In this document: positions 1-9,039 of the stretch, piece by piece
Layout: every line of letters begins with the position of its first letter
Position numbering within the stretch: the stretch's first letter is position 1
IMG/VR virus record: IMGVR_UViG_3300021093_000072
Location: 1 to 62,954 of that record
Length of the DNA: 62,954 nt
Source: a virus
Lineage: Duplodnaviria; Caudoviricetes
Reading direction: 5' to 3' (one strand)
The notes under the pieces: generated by a model
What the model was told of the DNA's origin: nothing
What the model saw: the letters and a program-made list of their open reading frames with translations, nothing else
The model's database searches: none
Translations under genes and position numbers: made by a program

Positions 1-85
1 TGCGGACAAAACGGAACCGCCAGCGGATGCCCCCCAACTTCTGCCAGAATGAGGTGAAGGGTCTCATGTTCTCTTTTCTCGACAG

Positions 86-2272
86 GTGGTGGGATCCGGT
101 GGGGACTGTTACGGGGGGAATCTGGCATCGGGGTCGGATGGGGTCATTTTGGGGGGTCGCCGCCCGTATAGTTTGGGCATGGGTAGACATAAAAAGAAAA
201 TCATGGATGACCGCAGGCTCGGACGTCTGATTGCGGGGTTAGCTGGCGTGGAGTCACCCCGTGATGGTGGTGTGGTTGAGGTTTGGAACTCAGACCAGGG
301 TGCCCCGCCGGGCGCTGGGGAGACGACAAAGGAACGCCGGGCAAAAAATAAGAATTCTTCAGAACCACTTCACAAATCGATGATTCTGCCGATCCATCCG
401 GATGCAGCTGCGGTGAAATGTCTGCAAAACAGGGAGCTCGCATGCGCGCATGTCTACAAAACTGCGGTTGACCAGTTGAACCACCACTGCAACCTTGCAA
501 ATGGGTCCCAGGAGCGGCAGAATGTCCTGTACGCAGGGGCATCGGGTGTGTCGGGGGCCGCAAGAAAGGTTGAGGTTGACAGGTGGAAGGGGATGGTGAG
601 GCGCAGGAGAGAGGTTTCTGGGTTGATACGCACCGCACGGCTGGCGGGGGATGTGGAGGGGGTGGAAAAACTTGAGAGGGAGCGGACGAAAATTGACGAG
701 GGGTGCCGTCGGCTGGGGGATTCACTCTTCGGTGGGAAGGTGGGGGGTGGAGCGGGCGCGGACACGCCGCTCGCCGCCGCATTCGAAGAATTTCGCAAGA
801 GGTGGGGCTCGTACAAGGGGAATACACACTATTTCACCAGGGCGCTACTGCGTGGTAAACGTTGGTGTGAGGTCGAAGACCACGTGTGGGGCCTGCATGA
901 TGATGGGGCGGGTGGTGACATCCTCGACGGGTGGGTCGGAGCTCACCTCTCCCCAACAAATGTGTGCGAAATTGCAAAGGAGGTGGGTAAAAATTTCTCA
1001 AACGGCATCCGGAACAGCGGTCACGGAAACCGTTTCCGCCTGCGTCGGGGAGGACGCAGACATCGGTGCGGCACTGGCGACAGGACAACCTCTCTGAACG
1101 GTGGGAGGCTTGTTTTGATGAGTGATGGAACATTCTACCTCCTTGTGCGGAGGAGTGGTGCCAGCAGAAGGATCATCGGAGACCGGCCTGAGAATGTTCA
1201 CAGGATCAGGTGTTCCCTGAGGGATCCACGGCAGGACAAAGGAAGGCAGCGCGACGATCTGGTACACATCATCAGGGACAGGGAGGTTGTGAGCAGGGTG
1301 CGTGCGGTCATGCCAGTTTTTCATCGCGGGCTGTGGTATGTGCACATCCTCTACTCGTGCAGAAAGTTGCGTGACAGGGAAAATCTTCTCCCTGGATGCA
1401 CCGTTGGTGTTGATCTGGGTACTGAAACCGTCTCGGTAAACATTGTTGATGATTCGACTGGTCTCACTGTGTTCGCCGGAAAATTATCAACCGTTGAAGA
1501 GTGCAGAGGACGCGAGAGGCGGCTGCTGCGCCAACAAAAGAGGTTCAGCGAGGGGTGTCGTCTCCGAGCAACAGAGTTGGGGATCATCCGCGAAGGTGGT
1601 GCGTGGGGGGAGGGCAAACGCCTGCAGCGTAAGTTTTGGACCGCGAGAGTGAGAGATGTGCATCGCAGGATGAAGAGGACAGAGGGTCAGATCGTAGAGG
1701 CCAGAAAAAACCTCCGCAACAGGGTTGCAACCTTCATCGGCTGCATCGGCGGCCGTCTGTTTTCGGAGGGCGGAGATGTTGCGGGCTGGGCAAAAGACCA
1801 CGGACGCGGCGTGGAGCGCGGTTCTCCTGGGGCATTCAGAAACGCAATGTTCGTAGCTTCAAACAGATGCGGAAGGAGATCGATTGACCTGAGAAAAAAC
1901 CCCATGAAGGTTTCAGAGGGGCATCTGTATCTGGTTGATCAGAAAAAATACAGAGCAACTGGCACAGATATTTTTGAGAAGAACCCACGACGTGCGTATA
2001 CTAAGTTGGGGGCAGACGTGAGGGAAATTGTCAGGAACGGTGTGACCGTTGACAGAGACCTCTATGCTGCTCTCAATCTTTCTCATCCGAATATCGACGG
2101 TACAAAAATCAACAGGGATGCTGCAATGAGAGATTTCAAACACCTCTACTGCGGCACCGACCCAGCTTGTGATGATGGGGGTCGGCAGGGACCTGTCTTT
2201 GGAGGGGTCATCCCATTCGGGAAGTTCGTGCAGATCATAACCGATTTGCACAAAAAACTTTCTGCGGGGTGA
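86..2272 (+). CDS. Compact RuvC RNA-guided nuclease, TnpB/Cas12 superfamily (candidate type V CRISPR effector); true start may be ATG at 179 or 203
   Basis: RuvC-I VGVDLGTET (D443), Arg-rich bridge-helix-like segment RERRLLRQQKRF, RuvC-II LFSEGG (E561), RuvC-III VDRDLYAALNL (D658); WYVHILY strand before RuvC-I; ends 158 bp before a CRISPR array. Confidence 0.85.
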   Translation: MVGSGGDCYGGNLASGSDGVILGGRRPYSLGMGRHKKKIMDDRRLGRLIAGLAGVESPRDGGVVEVWNSDQGAPPGAGETTKERRAKNKNSSEPLHKSMILPIHPDAAAVKCLQNRELACAHVYKTAVDQLNHHCNLANGSQERQNVLYAGASGVSGAARKVEVDRWKGMVRRRREVSGLIRTARLAGDVEGVEKLERERTKIDEGCRRLGDSLFGGKVGGGAGADTPLAAAFEEFRKRWGSYKGNTHYFTRALLRGKRWCEVEDHVWGLHDDGAGGDILDGWVGAHLSPTNVCEIAKEVGKNFSNGIRNSGHGNRFRLRRGGRRHRCGTGDRTTSLNGGRLVLMSDGTFYLLVRRSGASRRIIGDRPENVHRIRCSLRDPRQDKGRQRDDLVHIIRDREVVSRVRAVMPVFHRGLWYVHILYSCRKLRDRENLLPGCTVGVDLGTETVSVNIVDDSTGLTVFAGKLSTVEECRGRERRLLRQQKRFSEGCRLRATELGIIREGGAWGEGKRLQRKFWTARVRDVHRRMKRTEGQIVEARKNLRNRVATFIGCIGGRLFSEGGDVAGWAKDHGRGVERGSPGAFRNAMFVASNRCGRRSIDLRKNPMKVSEGHLYLVDQKKYRATGTDIFEKNPRRAYTKLGADVREIVRNGVTVDRDLYAALNLSHPNIDGTKINRDAAMRDFKHLYCGTDPACDDGGRQGPVFGGVIPFGKFVQIITDLHKKLSAG

Positions 2273-2430
2273 TATCCAAAAATATCTCCTGAAATACCCA
2301 GCTCTGGAAACTGCACGCCTCTTTTTTGGATCCACATGTGGCATCAGCCTGTTTGTGGACAACATCAAATGGTTGCAGGGTAAAGCACTCCACACACGTG
2401 GGGTGCCCGCTAGGGCATTACCCATCTTAT

Positions 2431-3276
2431 GGTGTCAACACCCGTCAAAAAATGGGTGATCACAACCTCTCCCACCCCCAGGGCTCAAAGAGCTGTGGTG
2501 TCAACACCCGTCAAAAAATGGGTGATCACAACAGATGAGCTGGGAAAGATCTAGAAGTCTAGGGTGTCAACACCCGTCAAAAAATGGGTGATCACAACCG
2601 ATGAGTGTGCGGCAGCCATCACGATCAAGGTGTCAACACCCGTCAAAAAATGGGTGATCACAACTGAGTTGCCGAGTCTCAGGGTTGAGGTGTCAACACC
2701 CGTCAAAAAATGGGTGATCACAACCTCGTGTACCTGCATGATGCCTAGCTGGTGGTGTCAACACCCGTCAAAAAATGGGTGATCACAACCTACTTGGAGG
2801 TGCTCCAAATCTGTATTGGGTGTCAACACCCGTCAAAAAATGGGTTATCACAACCATGAACACCTGTCGGAACGCCAGCTAAAGGTGTCAACACCCGTCA
2901 AAAAATGGGTTATCACAACAGTATCTCTCTGAGCGCCAGCTCAAGGTGTCAACACTCGTCAAAAAAAATGGGTGATCACAACATTTGGGTAAAGGTGTCA
3001 ACACCCGTCAAAAAATGGGTGATCACAACTAAAAGCAAGAGCGGTTCCATCACGATCTAGGTGTCAACACCCGTCAAAAAATGGGTTATCACAACTAATA
3101 GCGGTTAGGTCGAGCGCGTGGGATGGTGTCAACACCCGTCAAAAAATGGGTTATCACAACTTCGCAAGAACCTCCTGGTTGAAGCTGCTTGGTGTCAACA
3201 CACGTCAAAAAATGGGTTATCACAACGGTCGCCAGTCCTCGGTGTCAACACCCGTCAAAAAATGGATCATCACAAC
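2431..3276 (+). CRISPR. CRISPR array: 14 repeats of GGTGTCAACACCCGTCAAAAAATGGGTGATCACAAC (36 bp) and 13 spacers; an eroded 15th repeat lies at ~3285-3316
   Basis: Repeats start at 2431, 2497, 2563, 2629, 2689, 2754, 2819, 2884, 2945, 2994, 3060, 3125, 3191, 3241; unique spacers of 30,30,30,24,29,29,29,25,11,30,29,30,14 nt; degeneration increases rightwards, so the leader is probably on the left; strand inferred. Confidence 0.97.
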
Positions 3277-3301
3277 ATCACAACTCAACACAAGTAAAAA
3301 A

Positions 3302-3814
3302 ATGGATCATCACAACATCACAAATAATCACAACAACATAGCACCAAATCATGTGGTGTTGGACAGGGACGAACTGGCCGAGGCATATAGCCTTGCCCAA
3401 CGCAGGATGGATGGCGTTCAGAAGATGGGGTTGCTCGACAAACACGGAGCAGCTGGTCACAAGAACTCAGAATACCACATCCTCGGGGCAAAAGGCGAGA
3501 TTGCCTTCCGCAAGTTCATCGGATCTTCGGATCCTCTGACTGTCAACACATTCAGGTCTACCCCAGATGTGAGAAATTATGAGGTCAGGACCAGGAGCAG
3601 GGATGATTTTGACTTGATCCTGCGGAACGACGATTCGGACCACAAAATTTATGTTCTGGTGGTTGGTGATGGGTGCAGATTCAGGGTGGTTGGCTGGCTG
3701 CGTGGATCAGAGAAGTATCCACATGGTCAGAAGACATACGGCGGCAGGCCGCCAGCATGGTTCGTACCACAGAGTGCCCTCCACGACATGTCTGAACTGC
3801 CCACTGACGGTTAA
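3302..3814 (+). CDS. Phage protein, probable PD-(D/E)xK-like nuclease fold; ORF-track start at 3146 lies inside the array
   Basis: GAKGEIAF...PDVRNYEVRT...LILR..D...YVLV...VVGW...WFVPQSAL pattern. Confidence 0.55.
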   Translation: MDHHNITNNHNNIAPNHVVLDRDELAEAYSLAQRRMDGVQKMGLLDKHGAAGHKNSEYHILGAKGEIAFRKFIGSSDPLTVNTFRSTPDVRNYEVRTRSRDDFDLILRNDDSDHKIYVLVVGDGCRFRVVGWLRGSEKYPHGQKTYGGRPPAWFVPQSALHDMSELPTDG

Positions 3815-3818
3815 TTTG

Positions 3819-4418
3819 TCAAGAGTTATGATCACCCATATCTCTGCGTTTAGACTCCCACTGTGCCTGTGACTGTATTTCTGTGTTTGGATCGTTGACG
3901 AGGTATTTCACATGGAGATCTGATATATCTTTCCCGAAATCGCGTATCCCTATGAATCTCACATACGGGTTTGGGTGAAAGGCGGTGAGTGCAAGCAGTC
4001 TTTTGAATTTGGGCTTGTCTCGCTGTTCTATGCGTAGTTTATCTACTGCGGCCTCTCCCTGTAGCTGGAGATTTTCTGACACTCTTTTTGTTCCGGTTGC
4101 CCTTTCTTTCTGCATCTCTCTGAAAATATGTACAGCAAGGGCGTCCATACCCGCCTCCTCAAGCCGCAACCGTTCAGGATAAAGCTTGGTTACGCCCTGT
4201 GCTTCTTGGAGGTTTGTGTCTCCGTACTCCTTGATGGCTTCTCTTTCTCCTTCTGGATACAGGTCGAGCAGTGTATGCTCTCTGGTTTCGTCTGCCGGTT
4301 TTTTTATGATTTGGAATTTTGACAGGTTGAACTTCATGTGCGGTTGGGTCTTTTGGCGTGTGCGGTTGGACGCAGAACTTCCTTTACCCGCTCCTACTAT
4401 TGACCATACTTTTTTCAT
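3819..4418 (-). CDS. Hypothetical protein with HEAT-like C-terminus (alternative start MKFNLSK at 4337)
   Basis: 199-aa ORF; HPNPYVR...LVNDPNTEIQ resembles a HEAT-like helix pair. Confidence 0.5.
   Translation of the reverse strand: MKKVWSIVGAGKGSSASNRTRQKTQPHMKFNLSKFQIIKKPADETREHTLLDLYPEGEREAIKEYGDTNLQEAQGVTKLYPERLRLEEAGMDALAVHIFREMQKERATGTKRVSENLQLQGEAAVDKLRIEQRDKPKFKRLLALTAFHPNPYVRFIGIRDFGKDISDLHVKYLVNDPNTEIQSQAQWESKRRDMGDHNS
3825..3839 (+). other. Anti-repeat (inverted partial copy of the CRISPR repeat), possible tracrRNA element
   Basis: GTTATGATCACCCAT matches the reverse complement of the repeat 3' part (GTTGTGATCACCCAT) at 14/15. Confidence 0.4.
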
Positions 4419-4969
4419 TGTATTTCCTTATTTTTGTTGAAACCCCAAAAACTAGCAAGAGTATATCTAGTGTTTCCTTTTAGTTCGGTAACACCATGTC
4501 TGTGATTACAATCACCCAAATGCATTGCAACTGTTCCTGCCTTTGGTGTTACTTCAAAATTGTGTTCTGTGTAATATGTTTTACCACCCTGATAATCGTC
4601 ATTTAAATAAATTACACAACCAAAATATCTTTCACCAAATAACTTATGCTGTTCTTCATTATCAGACATATCATCACAATGTGGAATCTGTTTCATTCCG
4701 TCAAACCAACGGACAACATCTAAAGTATCTGGATATACTTTTTCTTCCAAATTATATTCATTGTGAAGTGTTATTTGTAATCTTGAAATAATTTCTTTAC
4801 ACAACTCTTTAATGTTTTTTGGCAAATCTCTATAATTTATAGTTCTTTTGTCCCAAAAATTATTTGGAATTGGTCTCCACATATCTGTGGTTTTTGCATA
4901 ATTTAATAGTGTTTCACATTCACTCTTACTCAAGAATCCATTAATTGTTTTCGCTTGAAATTGTTCCAT
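4415..4969 (-). CDS. 2OG-Fe(II) oxygenase (prolyl-4-hydroxylase-like)
   Basis: HCD iron motif, YLNDDYQGG, HGV...G.RY. Confidence 0.9.
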   Translation of the reverse strand: MEQFQAKTINGFLSKSECETLLNYAKTTDMWRPIPNNFWDKRTINYRDLPKNIKELCKEIISRLQITLHNEYNLEEKVYPDTLDVVRWFDGMKQIPHCDDMSDNEEQHKLFGERYFGCVIYLNDDYQGGKTYYTEHNFEVTPKAGTVAMHLGDCNHRHGVTELKGNTRYTLASFWGFNKNKEIQ

Positions 4970-5738
4970 TATTTATTTCCTTTCTATGGAAGGGACACCC
5001 ATTTATTGATCTTTGGTGATTTTCAAATTTTTTCTTTGAATCCATACTCTCAATGCCCTTAGTGTATAAGGAATGATTGGAGTTTGCATCATACTTAATT
5101 TCTTCTCTCTTTTGTGCCCAACTTCTATGTTCTTTTGCAAAATCAGAGTTTGGATCTTCTCTTTGATCTATTGCATCAAATGATTCAAGATAATATCTTG
5201 GAATTGGAAAAATCGTAGCCAGTGGTTCTCCCCTGAAAAACTGGACAGTTTCGTTGGGTTTTGTCAATTTCCAATTCAATGTAAATGTATAAGGAAGCCA
5301 ATCAGTTTCAACTATTGCCTCAAGTGCTTGGGCGCCATGTTTAAAATGATTTGTTGGTCCTTTTACAAATAGGTTATGTCCTTCGGATGTTCTAAAAATA
5401 AATCCAAGATATGAAAATGTTACTATACCATTTCCAAAGTGAGAACTTATAGAATTTTTTTTGATGAAGGTATTATCTTCTTCACTTTCTATACAGAAAT
5501 TAAATTTAATGGCATTTTGATATCCAATATCTCCATTCCATGTTGCGTCAAAAGATATTGGATTTAAAATCTCCCACCCAAAACCATTTGCAACACTCAA
5601 AGGCAAGCAACGATATGCATGACCATTGTTGACATCCATCCATCCTCTTTTTTTTTCTGGTAAAGATACAATATAAGGACATTTTCCTTCGGGATTTTCT
5701 TCTGACATCAATCTAACTATAGTTTTATCTTTATTCAT
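4941..5738 (-). CDS. DUF6065-like protein
   Basis: AYRCLPLSVANGFGW, SHFGNGIVTF, GPTN, IVETDWLPYTFTLNWK, F..GEP motifs. Confidence 0.75.
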   Translation of the reverse strand: MNKDKTIVRLMSEENPEGKCPYIVSLPEKKRGWMDVNNGHAYRCLPLSVANGFGWEILNPISFDATWNGDIGYQNAIKFNFCIESEEDNTFIKKNSISSHFGNGIVTFSYLGFIFRTSEGHNLFVKGPTNHFKHGAQALEAIVETDWLPYTFTLNWKLTKPNETVQFFRGEPLATIFPIPRYYLESFDAIDQREDPNSDFAKEHRSWAQKREEIKYDANSNHSLYTKGIESMDSKKKFENHQRSINGCPFHRKEINNGTISSENN

Positions 5739-5773
5739 ATCAATTATGTAGGATATGCCAGCAAACTTAGGAC

Positions 5774-6088
5774 TTAGGATTCTCCCCATCTTTCTTTTTT
5801 ATTTTTCGCTTCTATACGCACTTGATCTAACAAAGTAAAGTCTTTTGCTTTGGTTTCTCCCATGTATCCCCAAGCATAGCCTTCATTTATCATCAAAGAA
5901 TTCAAAGACGCACTAGACGAGTCTGAGTATATCTCTACAAGCATTCGACCGTACTTGTCGTCTTTGGTAGTGCGGGCCCACCCAATCTTTGCTTCGATCA
6001 GGTCGCCCAGCTTGTTGCCTGCTTCCTTCAGCCAGCCTGTTTCTTTTCCTATTCGTCGCCATCCAGATTGTGATAATTTGTGTTGCAT
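5774..6088 (-). CDS. Truncated thermonuclease (SNase) C-terminal half with a foreign N-terminal peptide
   Basis: DDKYGRML...LNSLMINEGYAWGY.G.TK.KD parallels the intact copy at 28331-28729; the N-terminal DGDT catalytic part is missing. Confidence 0.6.
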   Translation of the reverse strand: MQHKLSQSGWRRIGKETGWLKEAGNKLGDLIEAKIGWARTTKDDKYGRMLVEIYSDSSSASLNSLMINEGYAWGYMGETKAKDFTLLDQVRIEAKNKKERWGES

Positions 6089-6366
6089 GTAGATTGCCGA
6101 TGCGGAAAAAATTGATGTCGTTGGCGACATTCCAACGGAGGAAGATCTCTTCTCTTCCCCTGATGAGCTGACGATCCCACCCACGTCTGATATCCCTCGC
6201 AGCTTGTCAGGGTCGAAATTAAATTTCCCTCGTGGTGTCTGTGTTTATGGATCCATCGGGCGGTGATCACCTGCCCCTTCGGAAGAAGTCTTCAGCCATT
6301 CGGCCTTCATGCCGATCTGCTGCCACTGAGATTTTGACATTTTGATTTGCGTGTGTGTGTTCCTGT

Positions 6367-8139
6367 TCATTTTTTATTGCGGGAATCGAGAATTTCTTGC
6401 ACCCGCTCCTCGTTGGTCTTGCCAGTGAATGGCTGGTATTGCGCCTCCATCCTGCCCACGATGTCACTCAGGTCGAACCCTGGTATCCGCTCTCCACGAA
6501 GCCTGTGGCGCTCCATGAGTTCCTGATGGGTTGGAACGCCTGGCTGCTCGTGCATATCAATAAAGTTGACCTGGTAGCCATTTTCGATGGCAGCCTCGAC
6601 ATACGGCCTCATCCGCTCCAGCAGCAGGTTGGTGGCATCGATGAACACATGGTCAACACCGCGTTCCATGGAACGTATGGCGTTCTGCAGATTTTCTGCA
6701 TGGATCACCCCAAGGATCTGTGGTTTGAATTCGTATGTGCCATCTGGGTGCTCGTCAGTTGGGGCGGTCATGTGGGCATCGTCGGGACAGTGTATGACGG
6801 TTGATGCGCCCGCCTCGCCAAGTTCGCGTGCCATGCGCCTGCAGAGTGTGCTCTTCCCATAGCCAGTCACTCCACGCATGATGTGCATGGTTTTCTTGGG
6901 CAGCTGTGAAGACTGTGCCTTCTTTGTTCGCTGTCGTTTTGTGGGAGAGACATCTCCGTCGTCCATACGATCACCGGGGACTCTCTGGAGACTCTCGTCC
7001 AACCCCCATGGACCTGCGTGTCCGTATCTTTTAATCATTTTGCCCACATCTTCTATGGTGTACCTTCGATATGCGCCCGCCTGATCCTTCCTTATCCCGC
7101 CGAGCGCATGATAAATCTGACATGGCATGGTGATGTTTTTGCCGTTCGACATGTCGATGCACACATCTTCAGAGTTCTCGATCCAGGCGTGAGGGAACCT
7201 GTGCCCACTTGCACCCCCCCTTCCCCACACCAGACCATGAACCAGCATGTCTCCGCTGTGACCATCCATATGCCTCTTGACAATAGCATTGATTGTGGCA
7301 AGGAAGCAGTCTCCCCCTCCTTCTGTCCACGCATCAGCCGTCTTGATGCTCGATGGTTCATGGTGTGACACTTTCGTTTTCTTAAAGAAAACCGGAGGCG
7401 CCCACATGACCTTTCTCGGGATCCTGCTGGCGATTTCCTGAATTCTGCTGCGGGGGGCCTTGCCTGTGATGGCGTTATATTGGGCGTGGGTTCCTGTCCA
7501 CACAATATTGAACACATCCAAGCCTTCATGGGTCACACCAATGATACGGTCATTGTTGGGCAACTTGATGGACGTTATGTTATTGCCCGCGCTTGAGAAG
7601 GGGAACTTCTCCAGCCGGAGCGGGGTGTCTCTCTGAGGACACTCACCCAGCCATTCTAGCGGTGTCCTGTCCCCGATCTTGGTGTTCAGCCACTGCAGCA
7701 CATCGGGGTTGATGTCCTCTTCTGCCATCTGTGCGATGGTGACGGTGGTCTGCCTGCTCGGTTCCTTGCCATTCAGGCATGGCTTGGTCTTGGTCCTTTT
7801 CTCCTCAGGAGATGCCCTCAGCCACCAATTGTTATTGGGAATTTTATAATTTATCAGATCATCTTCAGAGACACCCTCATCTCTCATAACCTCCCTGACT
7901 ACATCAAGGGCCCCTTCCATATCACCCGTCTTCGCAATCTCTTTTGCCTCCACGAGTTTCGGAAACTCAGAGGACAGCATATCTATGCTCCTTGCAGCCC
8001 CGTTTGGCTCATTAAGGGTGGGATTTACTCTTTTTTCAAAAACCCAGTAGATCCACAAGAGGGCATGTCGTCGGGCATGTTTTTGTTCTTGATCCATCAT
8101 TTCTATTTTATGAACCATTTTGGTACGCCCTCCCACCAA
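6367..8139 (-). CDS. Multidomain protein: HigB/RelE-like toxin domain, Cys-His papain/transglutaminase-like domain, and P-loop kinase (AAA_33/PNK-like)
   Basis: RIIG...WTGTHAQYN (HigB-like); GDCF...LVHG...FPHAWIE...D; MRGVTGYGKST and FIDATN...PYVEAA...GY. Confidence 0.7.
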   Translation of the reverse strand: MVGGRTKMVHKIEMMDQEQKHARRHALLWIYWVFEKRVNPTLNEPNGAARSIDMLSSEFPKLVEAKEIAKTGDMEGALDVVREVMRDEGVSEDDLINYKIPNNNWWLRASPEEKRTKTKPCLNGKEPSRQTTVTIAQMAEEDINPDVLQWLNTKIGDRTPLEWLGECPQRDTPLRLEKFPFSSAGNNITSIKLPNNDRIIGVTHEGLDVFNIVWTGTHAQYNAITGKAPRSRIQEIASRIPRKVMWAPPVFFKKTKVSHHEPSSIKTADAWTEGGGDCFLATINAIVKRHMDGHSGDMLVHGLVWGRGGASGHRFPHAWIENSEDVCIDMSNGKNITMPCQIYHALGGIRKDQAGAYRRYTIEDVGKMIKRYGHAGPWGLDESLQRVPGDRMDDGDVSPTKRQRTKKAQSSQLPKKTMHIMRGVTGYGKSTLCRRMARELGEAGASTVIHCPDDAHMTAPTDEHPDGTYEFKPQILGVIHAENLQNAIRSMERGVDHVFIDATNLLLERMRPYVEAAIENGYQVNFIDMHEQPGVPTHQELMERHRLRGERIPGFDLSDIVGRMEAQYQPFTGKTNEERVQEILDSRNKK

Positions 8140-8209
8140 GGCAATCCTTTTGGTGATTTACCACATCCTTCTTTGGAGGTTCAGAACCCCATGTGCCGAA
8201 ATGAATGGC

Positions 8210-9039
8210 ATGGAAAAGAACTGGTATGGGCATGCAAAAGAGGCAGGCATCTTGGCACCGCTTGGGCTGGCAGCAGCGCTGGCAATGGGTGGTTCAGTTT
8301 CTCAATCTGATGGGGCTCAGCCTGGTGAGGCTCAGGCGCCCGTTCAGGTTGCGGCTTCTTCATTTACCCCATCCCCGAAATTTTTGGAGACCCTTGAGAG
8401 ACACGAGGGCTTCAGCCCAAAGACATACAGAGACAGCAGGGGCGTGTTGTCCGTGGGCATTGGATTCAACCTGGAGCGCAAGAATGCTGCAGACCTGCTG
8501 ATGGCAGCAGGTCTTGATGCAGAGGCTGTGATGTCTGGTCGGAGACCGATCACGAGAGAAGAGGCATGGAAACTTGCCAATGCAGATTTGAAGACTGCAA
8601 TTGCCGACGCCAGAAATTTGTTCAGGAACTTTGATTCCCTCCCGGAGGGCATTCAGGAGGTTCTGGTGAACATGTCATTCAACCTTGGTGGCCACAAACT
8701 TTCAGGCTTCAAGAAGATGCGCGCCGCTGTCGAGGCTGGCGATTGGGCTGCTGCGGCAGCCGAGATGGAAAAATCCCAGTGGAGGGGACAGGTGAAGGGT
8801 CGAGCAGTCGAACTGGTGGCCCAGATGCGTGCTGGCGGTCAGACGGCCGCCACTGAAGACCCACAACCTGAGACGAAGGAAGAGGTTGGCGATGACACTG
8901 TTGTCGTGAGGCAGGGTCAGACGCTCTCGGGAATTGCACGGGAGCACCTTGGTGACCCGCGCAGGTGGGTTGAACTGGCAAGACTCAACGGCATCAAAGA
9001 CCCAACCGGCATCAAGCCAGGTCAGAAGGTGAGAATCCG

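Noticed and set aside
167-172. TATAGT as a -10 box for a leaderless cas transcript starting at ATG 179
   Set aside because: No supporting -35 element; too weak to call
86-2272. Ordinary IS200/IS605 or IS607 element
   Set aside because: No TnpA or serine recombinase in view, the protein is much larger than TnpB, and it abuts an array; sequence left of the window is unseen, so this is not fully excluded
2467-3240. Self-targeting spacers within the window
   Set aside because: No full-length protospacer noticed by eye; an alignment is needed to exclude it
2326-3301. Short ORFs across the array, and the 3146 start
   Set aside because: These are translations of CRISPR repeats (GVNTRQKMGDHN, VSTPVKKWVITT)
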